NCBI GenBank assembly: GCA_964016885.1
Contig: OZ024740.1
Location: 371,132,001 to 371,196,000, forward strand
Source: Eledone cirrhosa
Lineage: Eukaryota
Length of the DNA stretch: 64,000 nucleotides
Direction: 5' to 3'
Made by a program: the position numbers and the translations under genes. Shown piece after piece: positions 51,346-63,817 of this stretch (position 1 is the first letter of the stretch; every line of letters begins with the position of its first letter). A model generated the notes under the pieces. That model was not told the DNA's origin and searched no databases. It saw only the letters and a program-made list of their open reading frames with translations.

Positions 51346-51827
51346 AGGTTAACTTTGCCTTTCATCCTTACGGGGTCGATAAAATAAAGTATCAGTAATG
51401 CACTGGGGTAATTGCTGGCCTTGTGCCAAAAGTAGCAACAATTATTTTTTAAAGACTGAAATCAACTTTAATACAGTTAAAATTAGTTAATTAAAAAAAA
51501 TTAATGCTTCTAAAAAAAGTGAAGATTTCTAAGCATGTATATATGCTTATATATTTGTGTATTTGTGTTTCAATTCATTTGATCTGAGATCGCTTGCTGT
51601 GACTTAAAGTATAATTGTTTCCACTTTTGGCACAAGGCCAGCAATTACCCAGTGTATTACTGGTACTTTATTTTATCGACCCCGTAAGGATGAAAGGCAA
51701 AGTTAACCTCGGCGGGATTTGAACTCAGATCATAAAGGGACGTAACTCTATGCTTCAAAGTATGGTGTCCGACTCTACCGATACTGCCAATCAAAGTATA
51801 ATATATCCGTGTTAGAGTTGATGTAAG

Positions 51828-51884
<57 letters not shown>

Positions 51885-52547
51885 TATTTATTTATTTATA
51901 TTTCCACACTTGCATGAGTTAGAAAGGTTGTCTCGTTATGAGACAAGTCGGTCCAGAGACTAACATGTTTATACAGGTCTGCATGTATTTCCTAACACCA
52001 ACCACATTACAGTGTGGACTAGATCGATTTATTTACCATGCATGGGTTAAACTTGTATTTGAAGTACATATCTTTATGCCAGTGTAGCACTTTTGTCAAA
52101 AAAGCATTTGATGTCAACGAAATAGATAGTGACTTTTGAGATACTCCCTCTTCTCTCTCTATTTTTCTGTATGTGTGTGCATACAAAGGTTTCTGAAATG
52201 AATTCTGTTTTTAATTAATCTTTAAAAAAAATCTAAGTTCTATTGAATATATCACATGTCCAATAAGAGATTTAATCCGAGATCGTGTGTTGGAACTGAA
52301 ACAATATCGATGTTATAGAGTTATGACTGGTTTTTAAAATTACGTATCTATGTTTGTGTTTGTATTCGTTTTTATTTTATTTTGTAATAGTAATATATAT
52401 TATTAAATATCGAAGTTTTTCTACAACTCATATTTAATTATATTTCCGCCAAGGTTAACTTTGCCTTTCATCCTTACGGGGTCGATAAAATAAAGTACCA
52501 GTAATGTACTGGGTAATTGCTGGCCTTGTGCCAAAAGTAGAAACAAT
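51346..52547. mobile_element. Cluster of SINE-B copies (51346-51445 +, 51611-51790 -, 52445-52547 +)
   Basis: SINE-B core present in both orientations. The middle copy has TSD AAAGTATAAT. Confidence 0.8.
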
Positions 52548-52674
52548 TGTGAAGATGTAAAAAAAATAAACACGATAAACGAAAAAAGTTCTCTTCCTTT
52601 GAACCGAGAGTTGTCTTTCTTTGAAGTGGTTCTTTTGCTGTTTTGTACTATAGTGTTCTTACCTGATTTATTAA

Positions 52675-52737
<63 letters not shown>

Positions 52738-52741
<4 letters not shown>

Positions 52742-53220
52742 ACGAAGGGTTATTTGTTAATATTTGTTAAGTTGGGATTAACACGGTTGTTTGATGAAAT
52801 AACAAGAATAAATGATTTACTTTATATATAAAGGTTTACTTCACTTGAGTCAAAAAGAAAAATAAACATATTACCAGGAGTTGCGAAGGTTGACAATGTT
52901 ATTTTTGTTGTTGGTTCTTGAGGCTGATGTAGTCTCAGACCATAGTGAGAGAGAGAGAGTAATGGTCTGTAGTAGTTGACTGTAGACTGCTGCGGCTTGA
53001 AGGTAGCAGTGAATCTTTCACATGGCTTGTCTGTATCGTGGTGCTCCGATCTCTCTGTCTATAAAGTGGGAAAATATAGGCTTTATATACCTGTCGCTTT
53101 CTGTCTCCCACCTTGAGGGGATAGCCCACGCATGAACCTGTTCACACCAAAAGGGTGGTGACCTAGAGTTTGACCTTTAGGTGTCACCCAAGGTTCAAGG
53201 CATGGACAGATTTCGCTACA
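52738..53220 (-). mobile_element. Solo LTR (Gypsy-like)
   Basis: Reverse strand begins TGTAGCGAAA and ends TTCGTTAAA (decayed ...TTACA). Internal TATA-like GTATATAAAG. Flanks are TATA and TGTA. Confidence 0.65.
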
Positions 53221-53419
53221 TGTATGTGAAATGCAATTCGGTTTTATGGTAGGAAGATATACTCATTATATCCTCTTCCTCTTGGGACAACTACAGTAGA
53301 AATATTTAGCTAAGTAGTCACTGTACCTGGCATTTGTCAACCTAGAGAAGGTATTAGATATAATTCTATGTTATCTAGTCTATATTATAGTTTATAGTAT
53401 CTAGTATATATTAAAGAAA

Positions 53420-53840
53420 CTAATGGATGAATGACTTGTGAAAGCTGTGCAAGCCATGTATAGAAATGTAGTTAGCAAGGTGAGAGTTATCAGAATGACT
53501 TGTTAAAGCTATGCAAGCCATCCATAGAACTGCGGTCAACAAGATGAGAGTTGTCAATGGGTTCAGCAACCACCTCGATTACTTTTCTATCCAGTTTTCT
53601 GCCAACAATATGCCCTATCTGCCCACTCTTTCACTGCTACTTATGTAGAAGAATTTGTACTTCAGATATCTGATTGTGGATCTGCTTCAACTTACCTCAT
53701 GTACACAGCACATATCTATATACATCCATGCCAGCATCTCTTCAATGTTTCTGGTCTTGCATTTTATTGTGTCAGCATCTGATCTCCACTACAACATCTC
53801 CAGTTTTGCCTTTTATTTTGTCAACTCCTGACATGAAGAG
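53420..53840. mobile_element. Rearranged old RTE fragments (duplicated RT piece on +, APE piece on -)
   Basis: Tandem ~62-bp duplication of the 'LVKAVQAMYRNVVSKVRV' segment, abutting a reverse GILLAENWIEKVI remnant. Confidence 0.55.
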
Positions 53841-54170
53841 GAGTGGGTCGTTAGTTTAAAATCTTTTTTTGTTTTTGAAAGGAAGAGAGTTTGTCTGATC
53901 ATCAATAACAGTTGTGGTCATGTTATATTTTATTATTACTACCAATCACTAATAACCCGTCAGGTCAGGGTACAAGTGGAAAGACATCCTGTCAGGGCTC
54001 AATAAATCTCTGTAGAGAAGATAAGCTACACAGCAACAGTCATAGATAGATGTTGGCAAAAATGATAATGATAATGAAATTATTGTGTAAAGTGCTCAGG
54101 TGCACTACAACTCGTCAATATAGTACGTAGAATAATACACAAATGTCAGGGAAGTACATGTGTGTATGTG

Positions 54171-56933
54171 TTAGCTGTAGTGTTGGCGGATCTCGGGAAG
54201 CATGGAGGCCTTAAAGGATGCAGTGTCTCGACAGCTAACAATTGATGCAGGTAGTTTGTTCCATGCTTCAGCAACTCTGAGCGTGAAAAAATGTTTCCGA
54301 AAGTCATGGGAACTGTGCTGTTTTCTTACTTTGTGGGCATGTCCACGTGTGTTAGACACATGGAAATCAAAAAGGTACTCAGGGTTGTTGTTGGCAACAT
54401 GGTTAACAATTTTGTGGGTGTTTACCAAGTCAGTTGCCAGGCGTCGAAGCTTCAATGAATCCATGCCCAGGGAAGCAAGGCGCTCAGAGTATGGTAGGTG
54501 CCTGATGGAGGGTATTCGCTTGGTTGCACGTCTCTGAACAGTTTCCAGGCGGTCAATGTCCTGAGCAAGATAGGGGTTCCAGACTGGTGATGCAAATTCT
54601 AAGTGTGGTCGCACCATAGCTCTATACAGCCTTAAATAGATATCTGAAGAGCGGCTGACAAAGGTCTTGCTGAGTGATGCTAAGACACCCTCGGCCCTCT
54701 TGACAATTTTAGAGACGTGCCTCGTCCAACGCAAATCGCTACTGACCGTAATGCCCAGGTCACGTTCACAGGAAGACTTCTTGATATTAGTGCTGTGGAG
54801 GGAGTATGTGGACGCTGGGTTTTTACTCCCAAAATGCATGGTGGTGCACTTGTCCACAGCTAGCTTGAGTTGCCAGTCTGAGATCCATTGTTGCATTGTG
54901 TCCAGGTCAGACTGCAAGCAAGATCTATAGTGTTCAGGATCTGTCCTTTTTATCTCAAGGTACAGCTTGATGTCATCTGCGTACTTTAGTACTGTGGCAT
55001 TCCTTAAGTTGGCATCTATGTCATTAATATATGCCACAAACAAAAGGGGGGCAAGAACAAATCTCTGTGGTACACCAGATGACATCTCATATGGTGAGGA
55101 ATGCTGTCCCAGAACCGTGACTACCTCTCTTCAACTGAGAATGAAGGACTTCAACCAGTTAAAAAGATCATCCTTCACACCCATTGCAGAGAGTTTTGCC
55201 ATAAGCCTTTTGTGTGGCACAGAATTGAAGGCCTTCGCAAAGTCAAGGTAAACAACATCCACCCATGAGCCGCCATCAGTGATCCAGGTGATGTCCTCAA
55301 GAAACTCTATAAGTTGATCACAGCAGCTGGAGTTGGGGATAAATCCAAATTGCGAGGGCCGGATAAGACTGTGAGAGCTCCAGAAGTTCCAAAGTGTTTC
55401 TCTGACACAGGATTCCATCAGTTTGGCGATGCAACTAGTAAGACTGACTGGACGATAGTTCACAGGTGATGTGCGGTCACCCTTTTTGAACAGAGGAATG
55501 ACACTGGCAGTTTTCCACTGTTCTGGAGTAGCACTGTTGTTCAGACAGAATTGGAAGAAGCGTGATAACTGGTGTAGAAGGAAGTACCCACCACGTTTAA
55601 GAAGCAGGTACGTAACACCATCAAGACCAGGAGAGGCATGGTTGCGTTTATTTTTTAGGTGACGTCGCAGCATTGCAGGTGTAAATTCCATGGTTGTAAT
55701 AGAGTTCGGTGTCATAGGTGGTGGAGATGGTACACTCTGGTCTTCAATAGTGAAAATGCCTGCATAGCATTCAGCAATGAGTTCTGCGCATTCCTTGGGG
55801 TCGTCAGTAAGCTGGCTTGTGTGGGGATTGTGAAGAGGACCAACTGGAGAGTGAGGCCTCTGCTTTGAGTGAACATACTTCCAGAACACCTTACTGTCAG
55901 GGCTGGTTGCTATGCGCTGCTCAAATTGAAGCACTGCCTTTTTTGTCACCTGTTTGAGGTGGTTGGATGATCTATTTCGCCTCTTCCTATTAATGTCTGA
56001 TTTGTGAAGTTTGTACTCACGTTCAGCATTGCGCCATTCTTTTCTGGCAAGACGGACTGCTGCAGTCTCCCAAATTGCGCTTTTGGGATGTTTTTTCCAC
56101 TTACGTGGCACCGATGCTGCACATGCTATCCATATTGAGCTCAGGATGTTCTGGAGTACAGTGTTGACATCTCCAGAGTCGTAGAACTCAAGCCAGTTTG
56201 GCCGTTGCAACTCGGTGCAGTAACAGTTCCAGTCTGCTTTATTCCAGTCAAAGTGAACAGTTTGGAGATGGTTGTGGTTCGTGTTACTGCCCATGAGGGA
56301 TAGATTGTCAATGATCATAGCATGATCAGAGTCACCTAAAGGTTCCTCAGCAGTAACACTAATGACCGTTTCAGGAGTAGTGGTGAAGAGTAGGTCCAAA
56401 GTGTTGTCACCTCTCGTTGGGGAGGTGACCACCTGGGACCAACTCGAGTCCAGCACCAGCTCAAGGAAGTCATTTGCACTTGGCGGCCCACGAAAGGTCT
56501 CCCAGTCAATCTCAGGGTGATTGAAGTCACCTGTAATGAAAACATAAGTGGCTGTCTTCCTGGCAGCAGCTCTGAGGATATCACAAAGTTGAGTGTCCTG
56601 ATGGTAATTTGGGGGACGGTAAACGACTCCAAGTAGCAGTGTTGACATGGTCATATGTATATCGCAGAAAAAAACTTCCTGTTGTGATTGGTTCAAATCA
56701 GCACAAGGAATTGCCGACAGATTTGACCGAACGTAGACCATTACACCACCACCACGACAATTAATGCGGTCTTTACGAAACAGGTTGTAGCCAGTCATGC
56801 TGAAAACCCCATCACAGAGTAAGGGATGTGTCCAAATTTCCGTGACTGTAATGAAGTCCGGGTTGATACTTTTGACGTAGGAGTCAAAAAGAGGAATTTT
56901 ATTGCATAGACTACGTGCATTCAAGGACAACAA
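54171..56933 (-). pseudogene. CR1 ORF2 (APE + RT) with one in-frame TGA at 55131-55133
   Basis: SLNARSLCNK, GDFNHP, SDHAMI, NYRPVSLTS, YLDFAKAF, YADD and HFFTLRVAEAWNKLP. The 600-aa and 304-aa ORFs share the same frame. Confidence 0.9.
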
Positions 56934-56989
56934 TTTGTACCTTGATTCCAGTCTATGATTATGTGCAGGGGATGGCAGGTTGTTCTGAT

Positions 56990-57595
56990 TTAGTTTCTCA
57001 GAGTTTTTTCAGTTTCTTTATTGTCAGTTGTTGTGGGTACAGTGTTTTCAGACCAGCTGGTGTCTCTTTTCCATGATTCGCCAGCCTTAACAAACTTCCA
57101 TATCTGCCCATCATCTCGTAGGCTGAAGCTTTCATGTTCTGCCGAGCTGCGGTTTAAAGAAGCTGCAGTACGCAACTTTGGGCGGACATCAGGTGGAAGA
57201 CCAGGGCATGTTCGGAAAGCAATCCGACTTTCACGCCTAGCTTTATCAGAGGCTACAAGGTATGAATGTGCCTCAGTTGAGTTTGAAAACGACAGTCTAA
57301 TTAACCTGGGTTTCGGGCCTGGTCGGCCAAGGCGTAGAGCACCCTTTGCGGGAGCACAGCCCAGGTCTTTGGATGAACTGGCAGCAAATGCCTGAAGATC
57401 AACTATGTCTTCCGGCACACCAATGGCAATCACTTCGTGGTTTGCAGATTCAGTGGCATTCTCAATGCGTCTAGGTTCAACATGAGGTACGCGGAGATTT
57501 TTTAACAAGGCACTCCGGTAAGATCCCTCATTGTGGGGTTCTACACGAACGCTTAATTTTATTTCCACTATTTCTTGACTTAAAGCGGAAATCAT
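56990..57595 (-). CDS. CR1 ORF1 (possibly partial)
   Basis: 201-aa ORF directly upstream of ORF2, with VIAIGVPE and RLGRPGPKPRLIRLSF, an RRM-like LINE ORF1 pattern. Confidence 0.65.
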   Translation of the reverse strand: MISALSQEIVEIKLSVRVEPHNEGSYRSALLKNLRVPHVEPRRIENATESANHEVIAIGVPEDIVDLQAFAASSSKDLGCAPAKGALRLGRPGPKPRLIRLSFSNSTEAHSYLVASDKARRESRIAFRTCPGLPPDVRPKLRTAASLNRSSAEHESFSLRDDGQIWKFVKAGESWKRDTSWSENTVPTTTDNKETEKTLRN

Positions 57596-57804
57596 TTGCC
57601 GTATTTCCTCAAACTCCGTATTGACGGTCGGTTTTTATTAACAGTGAAATAACGTTTTTTTTTCCTGATACTGCTTCTTTATAATAAACTTTCAATAATA
57701 TTTTTTTCAAATTATTAACTTTCATAATATATGTTTGTGTGTGTATGTACAACATACATATACATAATCATGTTTAGATACATTTTCTGTAGCATATATA
57801 ATCA

Positions 57805-59230
57805 TGAGGAGAGGGTCTTCAAGCATGCCTCCCAGTCTATCCTGTTAGAAGCAGTTGTCACCAAGCGAGACCAGTCGAACTCATGGATGTTATCCAATCA
57901 TCTTACTCAGGGTCTACCCCAGGTCTCCTCCCAGTGGATTTTACCTGTAAATTCTTTCCTGAGACATTCCTACCATGTCTGTAGTATTAGAACTGTGATC
58001 TCTCAATTCTTAGTGGCTCTACATGGAACAACTTTCTGCTCTCTGACCGACACTATTGAGTAACATTACTCTAAAGAACGGTGGTGGATTGGCAGTATCG
58101 GTAGAGGGTCAGACGCCATGCTTTCCAGCATAGTTACGTCCCTTTACGATCTGAGTTCAAAACCCACCGAGGTTGACTTTGCCTTTCATCCTTACGGGGT
58201 TGATAAAATAAAGTACCAGTAACGCACTGGATAATTGCTGGCCTTGTGCCTAAAGTAGAAACAATTACTCTAAAGATCATTTGGCTGCTTGTATTCTCAA
58301 TTATATTTTTTTGGTTATTACCCAGAATTCATGACCATAGTTAAGGGTTGGCATGAGAATTGAAGATGGTGAGTTTGGCTTTTACACCTACCTCCCCTCT
58401 TTTGATGACCAAATGATGAAACTTGTGCATTACTGCACCAGCTCCTGCAATTCTTCCACTTAATTCAGCCTTCTGCCTTCCTTTATTTGTAAACCCTGCC
58501 CAAGATACTTGAACTTTTCCACCTGCTTCAGTGGAACTCCATTCACATCAAGGCAACAAGAAGCTGTCATATGCCTTTTTGAGGTTTACAAAAAAAGCAT
58601 ATACTTCTTAGCAACACTCTTGTGACTTCTCAAAGACCTGCTGCAGCTTGAATATTTGGTTGGCTATGCTGCATGTGGGGTAAAAACCATACTGTTCATC
58701 AGCTAGCTTAGACTCAACAATCTCCCTACATCTCTTTGCCAGACACTTAGTATAGACTTTACAGGAGAGGCTTAACAAGGAGATCCCTCCTGTAAATGGA
58801 GCAATCTCTCTTGTCTCTCTGTTTGAAAGTTGGGATTAGCACTCTCGATTGCTTTTACTTAGGTGCTTTTCTAGAAATCCAGGCCACCCGGTACACATGA
58901 ATCAGTCAGAGAATAGCTTCTCTATTAAAGGCTTATAACATCTTGGGCTGAATTTCATCCTCCCCAGAAGCCTTGCCTCATTTGAGCTCTTTAATTGCTC
59001 TAGTGACCTCAGTCTTTGAGAGGTTAGTTTTTGCTTCCAGATGCACCTCATATACATCAGAAGATGCTGTTATTACTGGGTTTAGGAGATTAGCAAAATA
59101 TTCTCTTTATGTCGCGACAATACATGTCTCTGAAAAGAGGAGAACCCCAGAAGTATTCCTGATAGCAGGCATGAGGGAGACTTCTCATTGCAAAGTCAGC
59201 AGATGGTCTGCCAGAATTTGCTGATCTGAA
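57805..59230 (-). mobile_element. Internally deleted copy of the second RTE family
   Basis: Reverse ADEQYGF..IFKLQQVFEK..FVNLKKAYD and LKQVEKFKYLG..., homologous to 46085-46710. Confidence 0.7.
58078..58263 (+). mobile_element. SINE family B nested in RTE, 13-bp TSD
   Basis: TSD ATTACTCTAAAGA at 58065-58077 and 58264-58276. Confidence 0.88.
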
Positions 59231-59399
59231 GTTGGATTCGAACTCAACCCCAAAGATTTTATTCCGTACATAATTTATGAATTAAAGAAGCTTTAGTCAT
59301 CAACACACAGAAGCCACAAAAAACAGAAGATGAGAACTACATAGAGCAGAGAGGCTTTTATGACTGCTTCATGCATGCACAATCCACATACTTTGTGTC

Positions 59400-60206
59400 A
59401 GCCTTGAGTAGGGTAGGGATTAGCAGGTCACCATGTTATGTTATATCCAGGGAGTATATAACTGAGATCTCAGCTCTCTGCAGCCATTGTATGCTTTTCA
59501 TGTGCTTTTGTTAACAGCTCCTCAATTTTAGGCCACTGACTGATGGGCACAGAGCAACAAACCTACCTGAAGTTTCTGGTCTGGCTGGGGAAAACTCTGT
59601 CAGAAGCATTTAGAATGCTGCAGCAAGTGTACAGAGATGAGACAGTGTCATGGCAACAGGATGTTGGGTGGCACAGAAGGTTCAAAGAGGGATGCGAGGA
59701 CATGGAAGACAACCCCAGGAGCAAAGGGACTTCAATGAGCAGGACTAAAACCAACATTGGGTGCAAGAGGCAAGTGGTGCATGGCGATGATTGTCAGCTG
59801 ATTATTTGACCGATTGCAAGTGAGCTGGGCATGAATCATGACAGCATTTGGTAGATTATCACCGAAGATTTGGGCATGGGGAAGATCTGCAGGAAGATGG
59901 TGCTGAAACTGATGAATGATGACCAGAAGGAATGGTGCATGCAGGTGTGTCAGGACTTCCTTGAGCATCTTTAAACTCAACTAGACTTTTTCCCTTTTCT
60001 CCAAGCTCAAGCAGTTCATCAAGGGGACCCGTTTTCCAGATGTAGAAGCCATCAAGAGGGCTGTGATGACGGAGCTGTGGAGAATCCTAGAGAAGGGTGG
60101 GAAAGTACGTTGGACCTGAGGGGGATAATTTCGAAGGGGAAAACTTGTAGTTTGGATTTGAAATATTTTTGCGGCTCCAGTCCTGTTTCTTTTCAGACAC
60201 ACCTCG
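59400..60206 (+). mobile_element. Internally deleted mariner transposon
   Basis: EQQTYLKFLVWLGKTLSEAFRMLQQVY...WHRRFKEG..DNPRS (mariner HTH) fused to DFFLFSKLK..KGTRF with the catalytic core missing. The 3' TIR ...TTTTCAGACACACCTCG is followed by TA. The 5' TIR was not recognised. Confidence 0.85.
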
Positions 60207-60300
60207 TATATTTCTACTACATTGTACCAGCCATCTGAAGTCCTCACCAATCATATATATATATAGTTTACAAAAGATAGTTTTCAAATATATATATATA

Positions 60301-62533
60301 TCAAGGAAAACCGTGATATTGTCGGGGAGAAGTGTGTACTAAACGACGATGGCACACTTGCCATCACCGACGCTGATAAGAAGGTAGCTTGGAAGTGTCA
60401 CTATGAAAGGCTTCTAAATGAGGAGAATAATTGGGAGAAAGGCAGTCTCCCCCATATCGACCCAATAGAGGGACCAGCAGTGTTAGTCGAGGGGAGTATA
60501 ATAAGTAAGGCAATCAAGGATATGAAGACTGGTAAGGCGGCTGGGCCTTCGGAAATAGTTGCTGAGATGCTGAAGGCATCTGGCACGGTGGGACACACCA
60601 TGGTCACCCGCATAGTTAACCAAGTCGTACAAAACGGGGTTGTTCCGAAGGACTGGCATAGCAGCATCATCGTTAACTGTTATAAGGGTAAAGGAGACGC
60701 CCTAGATAGGAGTAACTATAGAGGCATTAAATTAATCGACCAGGTCATGAAGGTCACGGAAAGAGTAATAGCGCAGCTAATCAGAGAGAGAATTGACCTA
60801 GATGAAATGCAGTTCGGGTTTGTGTCAGGCAAAAGTACCACAGACGCTCTTTTCATAGTACGACAACTACAAGAGAAGTACCTAGCTAAAGGTAAACCCC
60901 TCTACTTAGCTTTTGTCGACTTGGAGAAAGCCTTCGACAGAGTCCCCCGCTCCATTATCTGGTGGGCTCTTAGAAAACTAGGCGTTGACGAATGGCTTGT
61001 GAGGGCTATACAAGCCATGTATAAAGAAACAGTCAGCAAGGTTAGAATTAACAACGAATATAGTGAAGAGTTTAGCGTAAAAGTCGGCGTCCATCAGGGC
61101 TCTGTTCTCAGTCCACTACTATTTATTATTGCCCTTCAGGCCATAACAGAGGAGTTCAAGACAGGCTGCCCATGGGAACTCCTATACGCAGACGACCTGA
61201 CACTCATAGCGGAATCAATGGCCGAGCTAGAGAAGAAATTCCAAACATGGAAGCACGGCCTAGAGTCAAAAGGACTTAAAATTAACCTGGCTAAGACCAA
61301 AGTACTAGTTTGTAGGAAAGAAAACAAGGCGGCGGTCCCTTCTGGGAAATGGTCGTGCTCGGTGTGTAGGAAAGGCGTAGGTAGAAACTCCATTTTATGT
61401 CCTAAATGCAAAGTATGGGTGCATAAAAGATGTAGTGGGATCACAGGTAGGCTAACTAAGAACATAGATTTTACATGTGGCCGGTGCTCTGGTGCAATAA
61501 GTAGCAGCAAGTGCCCACAAACTACTAGCTCTTTCAATTGCGCAGAGGGTTCTATAGAAATAGTGGACAGCTTCCGTTACCTGGGCGATAAAATCAGCAG
61601 TGGGGGAGGGTGCTCTGAAAGTACTGTAGCTAGAGTCAGAACTGGTTGGAAAAAGTTCAGAGAGCTTATACCACTATTAGCTGCTAAAGGGTTCTCACTA
61701 AAAATGAAAGGCAGGTTGTACGATGCCTGCATACGAACAGCAATGCTGCATGGCAGTGAGACCTGGGCATTGTGTGCAGAGGATATACGCAGACTAGAGA
61801 GGAACGAAGCTTGCATGCTCCGCTGGATGTGTAACAGTAATATACGTGAACGGCAAAGCATAAACGAACTAAGGAATAAATTAGAGATAAGAGGGATCAG
61901 ATGTTGTTTACTCGAGAGAAGGCTACGTTGGTATGGACACGTGATGCGCATGAAAGTCGATAGCTGTATAACAAAGTGCAGGGCAATAAAGATAGACGGT
62001 AGTCACGGAATAGGCAGACCTAGAAAAACCTGGGACGAGCTGATAAACTCCGACATCACACACTTACACCTCTCCAAGACAATGTCACTGGACCGAGACC
62101 TTTGGCGGTACTCAGTAACAGAGAAGACCCGCCTTACCTAAATATATAGTAAAACCTACTCCAGCCAGTAGGCATCTCTAACAAATACACCCCGTCCCAC
62201 CACCCCCACCCGATCCACACCACCCCGTTCTATGTAAAGTTATGTTGGTGCCGCGCCATCGAGGCCGAAACAAATGAGATCGTGTAGGTGTCACGACAAA
62301 AAAACACACAGTCCACGCTGTAATGTGGCCGTGTAGGCAACACGGTAAAAACCTCCCAGACCCACACTGTAAATGTGGTTGGTGTTAGGAAGGGCATCCA
62401 ACTGTAGAAAACCTGCCAGACAGTCCTATGCGAGCAAGACAATCACTCTTGCCTCAAGTGGGACTACCCCCGTCCAAACCCATGCAAGCGTGGAACACGG
62501 ACGTTAAACGCTGATGATGATGATGATGATGAT
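60301..62533 (+). mobile_element. 5'-truncated RTE LINE with intact RT-PHD frame, inserted in (TA)n
   Basis: Colinear with 39657-41908, (GAT)n tail and (AT)n on both flanks. Confidence 0.95.
60480..62141 (+). CDS. RTE reverse transcriptase with inserted PHD finger (fragment)
   Basis: 553 aa with the same motifs as 39852-41513 and about 24 aa differences by manual count. Confidence 0.9.
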   Translation: MLVEGSIISKAIKDMKTGKAAGPSEIVAEMLKASGTVGHTMVTRIVNQVVQNGVVPKDWHSSIIVNCYKGKGDALDRSNYRGIKLIDQVMKVTERVIAQLIRERIDLDEMQFGFVSGKSTTDALFIVRQLQEKYLAKGKPLYLAFVDLEKAFDRVPRSIIWWALRKLGVDEWLVRAIQAMYKETVSKVRINNEYSEEFSVKVGVHQGSVLSPLLFIIALQAITEEFKTGCPWELLYADDLTLIAESMAELEKKFQTWKHGLESKGLKINLAKTKVLVCRKENKAAVPSGKWSCSVCRKGVGRNSILCPKCKVWVHKRCSGITGRLTKNIDFTCGRCSGAISSSKCPQTTSSFNCAEGSIEIVDSFRYLGDKISSGGGCSESTVARVRTGWKKFRELIPLLAAKGFSLKMKGRLYDACIRTAMLHGSETWALCAEDIRRLERNEACMLRWMCNSNIRERQSINELRNKLEIRGIRCCLLERRLRWYGHVMRMKVDSCITKCRAIKIDGSHGIGRPRKTWDELINSDITHLHLSKTMSLDRDLWRYSVTEKTRLT

Positions 62534-62559
62534 ATATATATATGGGGTTCCTTAGAAGT

Positions 62560-63110
62560 AATTGCTAGTTTCTGTTAGCAAAGTGACCTAATTCATAATG
62601 GAGGTTGGTATTTGAAAGTATAGCAGTCAAAGAGCAGGGTGGAAATTGTTTAGGGATCTTATCACCTCTGCTGGCAACACACAGTTTCTTTCTCTGAGTG
62701 ATGTTTTTTGTATGAAGTGTGATGTTGCATGGTAGTGAAATATGGGCATTGAATAAAGAAAATATGTAATGGCTGGGAAGAAATGAAGCAAGCATGGTCT
62801 GTGGGATGTTAATGTACATCAATGACAACATAATTGGGATGAGAGAAATCAATTGTTGTGTACAAAGAAAAAGATTGCTGGTACAGATATGTGATATGTA
62901 TGAAGTATGACTGTTGGGGAAAGAAGTACCGAATGATCTAATTGGAGAGGGCCATGACAGGATTATGAAAGCTGATCTCAAGTGGCTGAGTCTCATGAAA
63001 TAGTTGATAAAAGATCACAAAAAGTAGTAGACACTATGCTGGAGAAGACCCATCTAACCCATGCAAGTATGAAAACATGAACTTAAAATGATAGTGATGA
63101 TGATAATGAT
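62560..63110 (+). mobile_element. Old degenerate RTE 3' fragment
   Basis: RAGWKLFRDLI..MLHGSEIWAL..LGRNEASM remnants and a decayed (GAT)n tail. Confidence 0.7.
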
Positions 63111-63472
63111 GAGAAAGGTATATACATTTTTCAAATTCAAATCTACTTTTGAGTCAGTTACAAACTATCTCAGTCTTTTAGTCTTGAAGAAATAACAAAT
63201 ATTTAGAGTAAAATGGACTGCATTTCATTATATACAAAGTTTTATTTTACACACTGTTGCCACTTCAGTTGCTTTGCTTGGGGCTACCATTTTAAATATA
63301 GTCTTCAGCAAAAACACTCATTTTAACTCCTCGAACATTGTGATTGCTGCAGGTGACTGATTATCTTTATGTTACAAAGCTGTCATCATATTTCTATTAT
63401 GTAACTTTGAATTGTGTGATGTAAGATAGAGTTTTCATTTTTAGATTATGTGTTTAATAAACTGTTTAATAT

Positions 63473-63817
63473 GGAGGCACATGGCTTAATGGTTAGAGCA
63501 GTGGCCTTGCAATCGAAAGGTTGTGAGTTCAATTCTCAGACCGGGTGATGTGTTGTTTCCTTGAGCAAGACACTTTATTTCACATTGCTCCAGTTTACTC
63601 AGCTGTAGAAATGAGATGATAGGGACCTGGGTCCAAATCATTCCACTGCAAAGTGGTCGTGTAGGTGCCACGGCAAAAAAGCACCCAGCACTCACTGTAA
63701 ATGAGGTTGGTGTTAGGAAGGGCATCCAGCTGTAGAAATCAAGCCAAAATCAGTTCCCGTCCCACCCTTGCAAGCAGGGAAAAAGCGGACGTAAAATGAA
63801 ATGAAATGATGATGATG
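63473..63817 (+). mobile_element. SINE family A
   Basis: Near-identical to 36357-36696. Confidence 0.9.

Larger units (their letters stand above)
54060..57640 (-). mobile_element. Near-complete CR1-clade LINE
   Basis: ORF1 and APE-RT ORF2, a short 3' UTR and a (CATTAT)n tail. An isolated 3' end of the same family lies at ~47805-47860 (+). Confidence 0.92.

Noticed and set aside
55131-55133. Programmed readthrough or selenocysteine at the CR1 ORF2 TGA
   Set aside because: A simple nonsense mutation is more likely, since the nearby QGSVLGP motif has also decayed (QRFVLAP).
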